Shown: positions 40,619 to 55,021 of the stretch, one piece after another
How positions within the stretch are numbered: position 1 is the stretch's first letter
Layout of the letters: each line of letters begins with the position of its first letter
Assembly (NCBI GenBank): GCA_951406725.2
Contig: OX597821.1
Span: forward strand, 99,634,001 to 99,698,000
Length of the DNA: 64,000 nt
Direction: 5' to 3'
From: Octopus vulgaris
Lineage: Eukaryota
Notes under the pieces: model-generated
Seen by the model: the letters and a program-made list of their open reading frames with translations, nothing else
What the model was told of the DNA's origin: nothing
Databases searched by the model: none
Position numbers and translations under genes: made by a program

Positions 40619-40877
40619 TGGAGGTGCGTGGCTTAGTGGTTAGGGTGTCAGCACTATGATAGTAAGATTGTGGTTTCGATTCCTGGACCGGGCAACGCGT
40701 TGTATTCTTGAGCAAAACACTTCATTTCATGTTGCTCCAGTCCACTCAGCTGGCAAAAATGAGTAACGCTGTGATGGACTGACATCCCGTCCAGCTGGGG
40801 AACACATATGCCATAGAAACCGGGAAACCGGGCCCATGAGCCTGGCTAAGCTTTAAAAGGGCACATTTATTTCTTTT
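40619..40877 (+). mobile_element. tRNA-headed CORE-like SINE (variant of D with a different 3' end), 14-bp TSD
   Basis: TGGCTTAGTGGTTAGGG..GGTTTCGATTCC head. TATAGTGAGGGGTA at 40605-40618 and 40878-40891. Confidence 0.85.
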
Positions 40878-43781
40878 TATAGTGAGGGGTACTCTTGTCA
40901 TTCTACTAATAAACAGTAACAACGACAACAGAGGCTAATTTAGTTTTCCAGCCAGTTAAGGATACAACTTTGATGTGACATTTAAGACATCACTATGCCA
41001 TTTATCGTTTGGTTTTTCAAACAGAGTGTACTCAATCTTGTACCATTCTTCATGTCAAATATATTTGGGTGGGTTCTGATGGAAATTTGGCTGCTAATAC
41101 TATCGGGTCAGACAGACACATAAAAACTCTCTCATTGGCTTGTATCTGTGTTCATTGTGAATATATGTCATGGTGTATCCTGTTCCTGGCAGGATTTTTA
41201 TGAATGCCATGTTCTGCTCTGATCTGTTACTATCCACTGTAAGAGGGAGAACTGAATGTTTGTGTAATGACATCATTATTCAATATAGGTGCCCTTCCTT
41301 CAATATAAGTTACTAGCTGACCATGTGCCATGATGGCTAATTGCAGTATTTCATATTTAAATAAGGTACATAATAATCCCATATACAACCATTCACATAC
41401 TACCCTTGTACACACACACACATACACACATATACTCACACAGAGTTGAAATGCTGATTTTTTCACCCCTTCCTTCCTTATTCATCTATCACCCCTTCAT
41501 TTCTCTCATTGCTATTACTTTCTCTCACTCCCTCTCAGTCAGGGTTATTACTCTCACTACTTCTCCTTCACTGAATTACTATTGTCTCTCCTCCTCTGTG
41601 TCCAGCGTGATTCTGGACAAATATATATATATAAAAACACTATGCTCATTATTATATTAGATGCTTTGGGGTGAGTGTTATCACATTGAATGTCTCAACT
41701 TGGGCCATCAGTTCCTGATGGAGATGTAAGCATGCTATCATGATATATGGAGTGTTTTGAACATTTAAACCGAGTGAAATCCATCTCTCTCCAGAGCTGT
41801 TATCTTAGAGAGGGAGAGAGGTGGGGAAGGAAGGGAGAGAGGGGGTGAGGAGAAAATAAAGAGTGAGAGAGAGAATTGACTCTAGTACTGTACTAGTGTC
41901 TTAGGTCTGTTACTTATTTTATTGGTCTCTTTTGCTGAACTGCTAAGTTATGGGGACATAAACAAACCAAGTTGTCAAGTTTTGAGAGTGGGGGTTCACA
42001 AACGCACACACATACACATATCTGTACACAGAGATTCATACACACAGACACACACACATACACATATACATATATACACGCAGACATACATATGCACAGA
42101 CACACACACACGTGCACATACGTACACACACACACACATATACAACAAGGTTCCACACAGCCTCTGTTTAACAAATTTGTTCAAGGCATTGGTCAGCCTG
42201 GGCTAAATGCTATGTGATGGGACTGAACCCAAAACCATGTGGTTGCAAAGTCAGCTTCTTCACCACACAGGCACACTTTATTTATTGATCCCAAAAGAAT
42301 AAAACGCAAAGTTGATCTCATCAGTATTTGAACTCAGAGTGCAGAGATCCAGAACAAAAAAACCAGCAAAGTGTTCTGTATGACTTTCTAATGATTCTGC
42401 CAGCTTGCTGTGAAATATTTACTGCAGTATGCTAATTAAAGATCAATGAACTAATTAGATTTCAAAGAGCTTATAAAAAATAATTATGCAGTGAGGAAAA
42501 GATAACATTTGCTCGTTGATGTATTATTTTAATTGGTTTTGCAAATAAGGGAGACAACTCTGGGTATGTTTTGGTCTTATTGGACCTCATTAGCAAAGTA
42601 TAAACTTCAATATACTTGTTGGATGTGATAAAGAAAAAATCATTAATTGTATGTTTACACACACACACACACACACACATGCACGTATACACATACACAG
42701 AGAGTGATTGCATGTTAAGAAAACCTTGTGAGTGTATTTGGTAGATGGAAAGTGGAAGAAGCCCATTGTGTATGTGTGAGCATGTGTGTGTGTGTGTGTG
42801 TGTGTGTATGCATGTGTCTGTGTTCGTCCTCCACCACTGCTTGACAACTGGTGTTAGCGTGTTTGTATTCCTGTAACTTAGTGGTTAGTCAAAACAGACC
42901 GATAAAATAAATACCAAGTTTTTAAAAAAAATAAACACTGGAGTAAATTTATTCAACTAAAAATCTTCAAGGTGGAGCTCCAGCATGGCCACAGTCTAAT
43001 GACAAAAACAAGTAAAAGTTAAAAGAATATATATATATATATATATGTATATGAAAAATGAGATGACAAAAGAATAAATAATTATCTTATGAACTTCATT
43101 AGCTTACAGCTGTTTCGGTTATAAGATGCAGTGGACTCATAGTTGAGTGCCTAAGTAACACGTTATTCTTTGTCAGAAACTCAAATATGAAGTGCAATTT
43201 ATTTAGGAAAAGAATTACATTTATGCATGTATGTAGGGAAAAGCATTACCAAAGAGAAAGCCTACATAGATGTGAATAAAGAAGTGTATATCCAGATTTA
43301 GGTGAATGGTAATTATATATATGTCTGAGGGGCTATGAAAAGGTTCCTGGTTTTAAGGGTATTGTGAAAGGCCTATTTGGAGACCCAACCTTCTGAGTTC
43401 TTTTACAGGGCTTTGGAAAATTGAAGGACCACTGCAATAAATATGTGAATCTGAGAGGGGAATGTGTTGAATAAAATCATAATTAACCGATCCTCCTGTA
43501 TTTTCTTTTACCTACAGCCAGGAACTTTTCAGCACATCTCATATATATATATTTCTTAATTGCCCACAAGGGGCTAAACATAGAGGGGGCAAACAAGGAC
43601 AGACAAATGGATTAAGTCGATTACATCGACCCCAGTGCGTAACTGGTACTTAATTTATCGACCCCGAAAGGATGACAGGCAATGTTGACCTTGGCGGAAT
43701 TTGAACTCAGAACACAGTGGCAGACGAAATACTACAAAGCATTTCGCCTGGCATGCTAACGTTTCTGTCAGCTTGCTGCCT

Positions 43782-43885
<104 letters not shown>

Positions 43886-43973
43886 AGAATGAGAGAGAGA
43901 TCTTTTAACTTTCATCTTTTATTTCACATATTAGATTGTGGCCAATTTTGGGCCATTTCCTTGAAGGGTCTAT

Positions 43974-44013
<40 letters not shown>

Positions 44014-44260
44014 TGGTTTCACATCCACTTTCCATGCTAGCATGGGTTGGATGGTTTGACATGGAGCTGGGAACTGTCCTGACTCCAGCTATCTGTTGAT
44101 GCATGGTTTATATGGCTGGATATCCTTCTTAATGTCAACCACTTTACAAATTGTGCTGGGTGTTTTCTTTTTACATTCCACCAGCACAGGTGAAGCAACG
44201 CAGCACTGGCATGGATGCTTCTTATGTGGCACTAGACAAGCTAGTTTATATGTGTGTGTA

Positions 44261-44300
<40 letters not shown>

Positions 44301-44654
44301 GGTGTAGGAGTGGCTGTGTGCTAAGTAGCTTGCTTACCAACCACATGGTTCCAGGTTCAGTTACACTGCGTGGCACCTTGGGCAAGTGTCTTCTACTATA
44401 GCTTCAGGCCGACCAAAGCCTTGTGAGTGGATTTGGTAGACGGAAACTGAAGGAAGCCCATCGTATATATGTATATATATATGTATGTGTGTGTATATGT
44501 TTGTGTGTCTGTGTTTGTTCCTCCAATATTGCTTGACAATCGATGCTGGTGTGTTTATATCCCCGTAACTTAGCAAATAAGTCCTGGGGTCGATTTGCTC
44601 GACTAAAATGACTGAAACGACTTGTTTCAGTCATTTGACTGTGGCCATGCTGGA

Positions 44655-44711
<57 letters not shown>

Positions 44712-45219
44712 GTATATAAAATGTATTGTTCCATGACAGAAAATTCGGCACAAAATGTACTCCGTCTGGTGAGAGATAAATATTATTCATTTAAAGGACA
44801 TGATACATGTCTTTAAGTTCTACTAATAGTTTCATGTGTTGAGAAATATCTGAAATATATTCTTCAGGCAGAAACTACATATAATGGAAAAAAAAAATTG
44901 AATAAGAGAAGAAACGTAAAAAAAAAACTGAGAAGGCACCATATAGGAGACACGAAAAGTAAAAAATGGAAAACGTAAAATGGAAAATGGAAACACAAAA
45001 ACTAAAATGTAAAAAGTAAAAAGGTAAAAGAGTTATCCTCCTTAGACCTTGAATTATAACGCTGGTAAGATATCAACGATTTAATTCAGGAATAGGCAGA
45101 ATTTTCCAATTCTTCAGTATATATTTACACACACACACACACATACACACACACACACACACACATACACATTCAGACACACACACACATACACCCACCC
45201 ACCCACATACATATATATA

Positions 45220-46133
45220 TCTACTACATATGTGGAAATCTGTGAGTGTGTTTGTTTGTGGTGTTGTTATCTAACTCCTCCCACATCGTTTTATCGATTT
45301 TGATGAAACTTGACACATGAGTAGAACTCATGTCTCGAAAACTAGTGACATACTTAAATTGTTGAAAAATTTGATAATAGGGCCCCTGGAAGGAATTCTT
45401 ATATCTACTACGTATAACTAATATATTATTTTTAAGCATCCAAGGGAAATAACCCATTCGCTCCTGAAAGGGAACTTTATATATATATATAGCAAAGGGA
45501 AATAGCCCATTCATGTTTGTAAATTATTTCGTATAAATCTAATTGAGTATGCTTATTTCTTAGTATTTAAACTATTTGAGTTACTTTCGCAATTTATCAA
45601 CACTTAGACAAGTAAATAGTATTTTCCTAAACAATAGATCCACTTATTTCAGTTAGTGACTTATTCATGAATATACCAACACTAGCACCACTGAGGGTAA
45701 TATTCTCTGCGAATGCACAAAAACTTTTTTCAGAGTTATTTACTTTGAATTGTTATTATCTCATATCTGATTAGCTTGTTATTACATAAGATGCTTCATG
45801 ATTTTAGTATACATACCTTATTAGTATTTCCTCTATAATCTGGGAACGTATTAAAGCCCTTTCCAGGGCTACTTTATTTGAATTCTTACTATCAGGTAAT
45901 TAATTTCATGTTATAACATAACTGACTTCACAATTCGGGTTTTCATAACTTACTAGGAATTCCTAAAAACAAGATCCTGTGTAAGACAGTTTGGTATTCT
46001 CTGTAAATGCACAAAAAACTGTTTTAAGGCCTACATAGTTTGTATTGTTGTTACCGGTTTAGCAAAACAGTTGTGAGAACAGAACCAAGGGATAAGCTCC
46101 GCTTTCCTGGAAATAACTGGGTACGTCAGCTAG
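45220..46133 (+). mobile_element. Non-autonomous Helitron-like element
   Basis: A|TC start and CAGCTAG|T end, inserted in (TA)n. A partial copy sits at 15545-16068. Confidence 0.7.
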
Positions 46134-46673
46134 TATATATATATATATATATATATATATGTGCAATGGAACTGAACCCAAGACTACATGGTTGGGTAGC
46201 AAGCTTCTTGATCACACAGCCATACCTGCATGTATAACCATGTTTGATTTTTCTTTTTTTTTCATGCAGATGAAGCACCTGAGTAATTTCTGTTGGCAAC
46301 TTGTTTTGAAAGAGGGAAGTAGATTAGGATATTTGCTAATCTTTTATATTTTGAGGACAATGGATATGATATGTCTAGAATCTTGGTGTAATATGTCAGT
46401 ATGAATTAGGATGAAACAAGGGAGAAGTGATTCAGCCTTATATATATACTCATGTTTGATCACAATAAAAAGAAAGAAGAAATATTTCATGAGAAAATTG
46501 TTCTGTATATTGTGAATGTATATGTATGGTACATGTAAGAGGGAGAGATGGTGAGAGAAAGAGGGAGAGTAAGTGAGAGAGGGAAAGAGGGAGAAAAAGA
46601 GAGACAGATACACACTCATACACACACATACATATACACATATGCACTCACATACACACACACAAAATATGAA

Positions 46674-46705
<32 letters not shown>

Positions 46706-46756
46706 CAAGAGAGAGGGCAAGAGAGCAAGTGAGGGAGAGAGACATATATATATATA

Positions 46757-46808
<52 letters not shown>

Positions 46809-47469
46809 GAGAGAGAGAGAGAGAGAGAGATTCACACAAAAAGCACATGAGAAGGAGAGATATTTTATGAAGGGCATAAACAGGAGGATTTAATGGAATA
46901 TAGTTGATTGAAACAATTAAGGATATGCAAATAAAGAAAACAGTATGACTTTCAATGACAGATTATATTCGTTAACCTTCAGAAGACCCTTGACAGTACC
47001 CTTTCTCTATAATAGTGAGGTAGAAAGCAGTCAGATAAATGTCAATGAATGACATATGCTCGTTGTTTAAGCAAATTGTATATACAACGGTATAAAAACA
47101 GGAATGTAGCTAACAAAGTCCAGGTGCTTTCCATCAATAATCTATGCTCAGTAATATTCTTGAGGCTATCATAAATATACAGAGGAAATTTTCTTTGTTG
47201 CTGAATCATTTATCTTTTATTTGTTTCAGTCATTAGACTGCGGCCATGCTGGGGCACAATCTTGAAGAAGAAATTTAGTCAAACAAATAGACCCCAGTTC
47301 TTATATCTTTTAAAGCCTGGCACTTATTTTGTTGGTTTCTTTTGCCAAACTGCTAGGTTATGGGGATGTAAACAAACCAATATTGGTTGTCGAGCAGCAG
47401 TGGGGACAAACACAAACATTTATCTGTCTGTCTGTCTGACTATTTCTCTCTCTCCCTCTCTCTCTCTAA

Positions 47470-47503
<34 letters not shown>

Positions 47504-48838
47504 CACACGCACACACATATAAGCTTTTAAATTCTGACTACTAAATGCACTCACAAGGCTTTTGTTGGCCACAAGTTATAAGCAGAAGACACTTACCCAA
47601 GGTGCCATGCATTGGGACTGAAATCAGAACCATGTGGTTAGGAAGCAGGCTTCTTACCACACAGCCATACATGTGTTTACAATCTGTTAAATAAATTCAA
47701 AATAAATTTGACATTTGGTAAAAGTAGAGTAGTTAAAAGGTGAATCTGATCAAAATTAAGGAAATGGTTTGAAAAAACAAATAATTTTGGCACAAGGCTA
47801 AAAACCTCAGGGGAGCAGGCTTGTTGATTACACTGATCCCGGTGCTCAGCTGGTACTTATTTTATCGACCCTGAAAGGATCAGGAAGATAATAAAAGAAG
47901 AATAAGTCAGAAGTCAATATTGCATTAGCTGTGTAAAGAAAAAGAAGGTGCACAAACAGCAAGGTAGGGCAAAATAGGGCAAAGTAGGGCAATGATCTTT
48001 TATTGCCGAAACAGACAGTACTTTTAAGTGTTGCAGAACACTAAGATAGCAAATAGAATTGATAGACTGCCAGAAAAAAAATGTCTTGTGGTTAATGTTA
48101 TGGCTCTTTATATTTTGAGTTCAAATCCTGTAAAAGTCACCTTTGTCTGTCGCTCCCTCAGGGTCAATAAAATTAAGTAGTGGGGTTGAGGGTCTTGTCT
48201 AACCACTCCTCTCAAAAGTGCTGGCATTGTGCCAAAATCAGAAACAATTATAGATGGAAACAACAGTTTTATCATTTACTTGTTTCTGTCATTAGAGTGT
48301 GGCCATACTGGGGCACCACCTTGAAGGGTTTAGTCGAACAAATTGACTCCAGTACTTATTGTTTTAAGTATGGTACTTATTCTATCGGTCTCTTTTGCTG
48401 AACTGCTATATAAACAAACAAGCATTGGTTATCAAGTGGTGGGACAAACGCAAACACGAAGACACACACACAGACATATGTCCGCACACTCACACACACA
48501 CAAGATATGCTTCTACACAGTTTCCATCTACTGAATCCACTCATAATGGTTAGTTGTCCTAGGACTTTAGTAGAATGCCATTAAAATCAATTTTTGGCTG
48601 ATATGTATAGATTGCTCATCTGTCAAATCTGACAATCCTCTAGCAGTCGCAAAAAACAAAAACACAAAACAAAAAACCACCAAAACAAAACAAAAATGTT
48701 GTTTATATTTCTACTGTGATTGACAAAGCCTATTCTATTTGGAAATGTATTGCCACAGACTACACGTTTGATGTCCACTTAAACCAGAATTGTCAGCTCT
48801 TCTTTTGGCATCTGATGTACAAACGCACAATTATTTAA

Positions 48839-49401
48839 CCCTTTCGTTACTGTATTTATTTTGAGATGCTCTCTGTTTTGTTCAATTACTTTAAATATAA
48901 CATTGCTGAGACCCTCTTCGGTCATGACTGACCATGGGATTGCACCTAGAAAGTTACCCTCCCAGGTACAAGTCCAGGCAAGGTTGTTTATGGAAGACCA
49001 GCAGTCGCCCATGCATACCGGCCTCCCCTCTCCACGCCACCAGTGTTATGCAAGGGAAAGGCAAAGCTTGGCACCAGTGATGTCACAAGTCATTTCTACA
49101 GCTGAGTGAACTGGAGCAACGTGAAATAAAGTGTCTTGCTCAAGAACATAACATGCAGCCCAGTCCGGGAATCGAACTCACAACATCACGATTGTAAGCT
49201 CGATGCTCTAACCACTGAGCCATGCGCCTTCATTAAATATAACAAAGAATTTAGTAAAATAACTTAGTTATCATTAAGCCAGTGTTAGGAACATAAATTG
49301 TGACTAAGGTTTGGTGGAAGATTTTAAATTCAAAATTTATGAAAACAAGACATTTGTACTCAGAGCCAGAGCCGGTTTCAGCCGGGTTGGTAACGAAAGG
49401 G
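48839..49401. mobile_element. piggyBac-like MITE with nested SINE-D (48903-49232, TSD TTAAATATAACA)
   Basis: TTAA|CCCTTTCGTTAC ... GTAACGAAAGGG|TGAA termini. 12-bp direct repeats at 48891-48902 and 49233-49244. Confidence 0.85.
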
Positions 49402-49864
49402 TGAAATGCCTCAGAGCCCGTTACAAGTTTCCTTTCAAGCAGATCTGTCTTGAGCAAGATTTTCCCATGAGTTTAGATTGATCTTGTAACATTTTAAAGA
49501 TTACTTTTGGTACATCTTTGAATCATTTATGAGGCATACTCACACTGAACCCTCTTTTAGCAAGCTTAATTAATTAACAAATTCAGTAATGAAGAAAATT
49601 TTCTGTGTTCATTTATGATATACATTATTGGTGGAAGGATAAGGTGGCAAGCTGGCAGAATCATTAGCATGCTGGGAAGAATGCTTAGCAGTATTTTGCC
49701 TGTCTTTATGTTCCAAGTTCAAATTCTACAAGGGTCGACTGTGTCTTTCATCCTTTTGGGGTCAATAAATCAAGTACCAGTTGAGTACTGGGGTCAATGT
49801 AATCAACTGTCCCCTCCCCCAAAATTCAGGCCTTGTACCTATAGTAGAAAGGATTATTGATAGA

Positions 49865-51100
49865 CTGCCTGAATTCCATTGGCCACATTCTTGCTTTCAT
49901 ACACGAGACAGCATAAACACTTTGAAATTATATTTCCAATCATGTAAACCACTTTGAATATTCTGCTGTTCTAACAGCGACTCTGTGTTCGAAAATGAAT
50001 TGTCATCTTACTTGTATCTTACTCTTTGAATATTATTTTAGCAAGTTTAAAGTGATTTCTTTTGTGCTGTCAGCCATTTACCATTTCTGTGGTGCTGCTC
50101 CCCTTCCCTTGATGCCCTAGGCACATGCTTACTTTGATCAATGGTTAATCCTGTGCTGTGTCTATACCCAATGGCAATTTCAGATAGAGGTGTTTGGTAG
50201 GCTTTCAACAACACGCCAGAAAGCATGATACTAAAAAGGGGAGGTAATAAGACACAACCCTGTTACCATTTGTAACAATAAATGGTACAAATGTCTCCAT
50301 TGTTTTTAACATTCAGCATCATCATCATCATCATCATCGTTTAACATCCGTTTTCCGCGCTAGCACGGGTTGGACGGTTCGACCGGGGTCTGGGGAGCCA
50401 GGGGCTGCCCCAGGCTCCAGTCTGATCTGGCAGTGTTTCTACTGCTGGATGCCCTTCCTAACGCCAACCACTCCGCGAGTGTAGTGGGTGCTTTTTACGT
50501 GCCACCTGCACATCATCATAAATTTGGCACACCATACCATGAACATGGTTAGACCACCATATTTGGCAAGGATCCTATACAAACAGAGATTATATATGCT
50601 GACTCTACTCTGTTTACTTCTTACTGTAAAGATCACGTCAGCAGTGTCTGTTTCATAAAGGAAGCCACACTAGGTTTTCGTCAGGAGATTGTTAATTGGT
50701 AATATATTGAACAAGGCACTTGCCAAGATTTTTCTGGCAATTAACATCAGAGAGATACATCTATTATTGTCATATGATTGATGTCACCTGTGTTTTTATA
50801 CAGGTGAATGATTTAGCATCTGTGAATTCTTGGGAAATGGAACTTGCTGACCTTTTTAAGGAATGTAGTTCTGTCAGCTTTTTTCAATGAATGTTTCTCC
50901 ATTGTAGGTGCATATTTTAGCAAGAATTGAATCTGCATCTGATGTTTTATTAAAGGACAATAATGATTTTACAGTTTCACAAGTTAAAATAATAGTTGGA
51001 ACTCCATCAAACGATGCTTTGGTCAGAATCTGCATCAGATTATCTACAAATTCCTCATTTATATTTGATGATCTGTTCAGAATATTCTGCATTGTTGTCA
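49865..51100 (-). mobile_element. Decayed RTE LINE reverse transcriptase region
   Basis: ILNRSSNINEE..., DSILAKI..Y.GE, IPQEF.DA, ISLMLIARKILASALFN, MIFTVR and PFIVTNG motifs, with stops and frameshifts. A family C copy is inserted at ~50317-50512. Confidence 0.8.
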
Positions 51101-54100
51101 CCAACACCATAATTGTTACTGCCACCTCTACCATTACTGCCACTGCTGTTGCCTCCTCCTTCTTCTCTGCCATTGCCCTCATTATTCTTTGATGTTCACA
51201 TTTCCATGCTTGCATGGGTTTAACTGAGACTGCTTTTGTACAGCTAGATGCCCTTCCTGTTGCCAACCCTCACCTATTTCCAAGCAAGGTAATATTTTCT
51301 TATGGCCAAAGGAGGTGAGCTGCAGAAATGTTAGCATGCCAGGCAAAATGCTTAGCGGCGAGCTCGCAGAAACGTTAGCACACCGGGCGAAATGCTTTGT
51401 GGTATTTTGTCCGCCGCTGTGTTCTGAGTTCAAATTCCGCTGAGGTCGACTTTGCCTTTCATCCTTTCGGGGTCGAGAAATTAAGTACCAGTTACGCACT
51501 GGGGTCGATGTAATTGACTTAATACCTATGTCTGTCCTTGTTTGTCCCCTCTGTGTTTAGCCCCTTGTGGGTAATAAAGAAATAGGTATTTCATGTCTTT
51601 ACATTCTCAGTTCAAATTCTGCCGAAGTTGACTTTGCCTTTCATCCTTTCACCAGGCTGTGTGTTTGTGTTCTTGATCTAGGCACTTTATTTCACGTTGC
51701 TCCAGTTCACTCAGCTGTAGAAGTGACTTCCAATGTCACTGGTGCCAAGCTGTATCGGTCTTTGTCATTCTATTGGATAACATTAGTGGTACAGAGAGGG
51801 GAGGCTGGTATGCATGGGCAACTACTGGTCTTCCATAAAAAAAAAGCTACTTGAACTTGTGTCTCACAGGGACACTTTCTAGGTGCAATTCTATGGTCAT
51901 TGATGACTGAAGTGGGGTTTTTATCCTTTCAAAAGTATGCAGCCTTTCTGTTTTAAGCAGTTATAGCTCTTTGTAAATGCTTTCATTGAGTGTTAGTCAT
52001 ATGTTTGTTTTGATTTTTAATTGTCCATCTTTGGTGGCTGTAGAATATAAATAGGCTCCAATAATTGTAATTAGGAAAGTGCTAATTAGCAAACTCACAC
52101 ACCAGATATGGGCTATTGTTTGGTCTATTAAAAAAAAAGAAATGTTCTAGAATCCAGAAATGGCAATTATTTTACAGTAAAAGAATAATAGTTTAATGAT
52201 TAAAAAAAAAAAGCAAAATAATGCAAGGGTGTTATTGTCTGAGTATAGACATTTTGATGTTTTTAATGCCTATCATTTTGTTGTTGGTCTGAAAGCAAAT
52301 TATGATAGCATCTATAAAGGAGTTTCTATGAGGTTGTTCAACATGATAGAAATAGCAGCCAAAGTTCCTTGAATCATACTCCATGGCTGTGCGGTTAAGA
52401 AGCTTACTTTGTAGCTATGTGGATTCAGGTTCAGTTCCATTGCACAGTGCCTTGAGCAAGTGTCTTCTACTATAGCCTTGGGTTAACCAATACCTTTTGA
52501 GTGAATTTGGTTGATGGAAACTGTATGGAAGCCCATTATATATATACATATATATATATATAGAGAGAGAGAGAGAAACACACACACACATAGACATTCA
52601 TACAAATATATATATATATACAAATACACACACACATATACATACATTCATACATATATATATATTATTACATGTATGTATATATGTATGTACGTGTGTA
52701 TGTCTTTGTGTTTGTCTGAATACCACCATCACTTGACAATTGGCATTGGTTTGTTTACATCCCTGTAACTTATTGGTTTGGCAAAAGAGATCTATAGACT
52801 AAGTATCAGACTTAAAATGAAGTACCAGGGTCAATTTGTTCAACTAAACCCCTCAGGGTGGTGTCCCAGCATGGCTGCAGTTCAGTGACTGAAATAAGTA
52901 GAAGATAAAGATACTATACGGTAATAATGGTAGGCATTAAATATTTTAATATCAAATATTATAGTCCTTAAATGACAAAATGGTCAAGACTGGAATTCTT
53001 TTGATCAATAAATCTGCTTCATTAAGGTTGCAAGCTGGCAGAAATGTTAGCACACTGGATGAAATGCTTAGTGGTATTTCGTCTGTCTTCACAGCCTGAG
53101 TTCAACTTTGCCTTTCATCCTTTCAAGGTCAATAAATTAAGTAGCAGTTGCGTACTGGGGTCGATCTAATTGACTGGTCCCCTCCCCCTTTATAGTCGAG
53201 CAAATTGACCCCCAGAGCTTATTCATTGTAAGCCTAGTACTCATTCTATCGGTCTCTTCTGCCGAACTGCCAAGTCACGGGGATGTAAACACACCAGCAT
53301 TGGTTGTCAAGTGATGCTGGGGGGACAAACAGACACAAACATATACACATACATACACACACACACACACATATATATATATGCTTCTTTCAGTTTCTGT
53401 CTACCAAATCCACTCACAAGGCTTTGGTCGACCCGAGGCTATAGTAGAAGACACTTGTCCAAGGTGCCACACAGTGGGACTGAACCCAAGACCATGTTGT
53501 TGGTAAGCAAGCTACTTACCACACAACCACTCCTGCGCCTGGTGTAAAAAAAGAAAAGAAAAGTGACACTTTGGTAATGTTCCCCACAAAATCCAATCCT
53601 TGTTGTGGTGTGGTGGTTTGTGTACTACAATGACCCTGTGAGCTATGCCAGTAGAGTGCAAGTTCCTGTTGGGGACTTCTATGCTGGACGTGTCAAAGGA
53701 TGGAGGTCAGACTGATATGGATCACCTCTTCATCATCATCATCCAGTGTTTTAAATCTGAGTTTTGTGCCTTAGTAACTGTCCTCACACCATCTCACCCG
53801 GTTTTGGGTGTCCTTCTTTTTCAAACCAACCCTCCCAATCTCCTCCACCTTTTCCTTGGTCCACCTTGCTTTCACACTCCATTTATCTCAAACACAATCA
53901 CCCTCCTCAGAACATGTTCTTCATCCCTTCTCAACACATGCCCCTACCACCTCACTCCATTTGCCCTTGCCAAACACTCCACCAATTCTTCCAACTCCAG
54001 CATTCCCATCAAATCCTCAGTCCTCCTCTTATCAAACAGCTTTACCTCACACATTTCTCTCTCCATTGCTCTCTTAGTCCTTCTCAAAATTACTATCTCT

Positions 54101-54963
54101 CTCTCTCTCTCTCCCTCAGACACCTTCTAAACGTAAAAATGGGTTTACATTGGGCCAATATCCCTACTCAGAAAAAGCACAAAGTTACAGAAGCTATGAT
54201 GAGAGTGGCTATTGGTTTCACACCTATAAAGTGCTCAGCTGTATAGGCGACTTGTTAGACTCAAATATATTACTGTTCTAATGTTTTAGAGTGTGCTTCT
54301 TATTCAGATATATGAATTACTGATGATATCTTTTATCGTGTGTGTGTGTATGTATGTAGGTAGATAGATAGATAGATGTACACACACATATGTATATATG
54401 ATGGGCTTCTTTCATTTTCTGTCTACCAAATCCACACAGAAGGCTTTGATCAACCCAAAGCTATAGTAGAAGACATTTGCCCAAGATGTCATGCAGTGGG
54501 ACTGAACCTGGAACCATGTGGCTGGGAAGCTAGCTTCTTACCTCACAGCCACATTTATATATATATAGTTCTCTTTGTTCATAGAAACAGAAATAGTTTA
54601 GAATTATGAAAGCCATTGTCTAGTAGTTGTATATATCTCTCTTTACTCTTTTACTTGTTTCAGTCATTTGACAGTGGCCATGCTGGAGCAAATCAACCCC
54701 AGTACTTATACTATCGGTCTCTTTCGCTGAACTGGTAAGGTTGAACCAGCATCAGTTGTCAAGTGATGTTGGGGGGACAAACACAGACACACAAACATAT
54801 AGAAACACATACATATATAAATATATACGATGGGCTTCTTTCAGTTTCCATCTACCAAATCCACTCACAAGGCCTTGGTCAGCCCGAGGTGCCATGCATG
54901 GGACTGAACCTGGAACCATGTGGTTGGTAAGCAAGCTACTTACCACACAGCCACTCCTATGCC

Positions 54964-55021
<58 letters not shown>

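Noticed and set aside
49150-49232. tRNA gene (also 40619-40690 and the SINE-A heads)
   Set aside because: These are tRNA-derived SINE heads that continue into a SINE body, with TSDs.
50874-51266. 130-aa minus-strand ORF as a host exon
   Set aside because: It is a decayed RTE ORF segment fused to a repeat tail.
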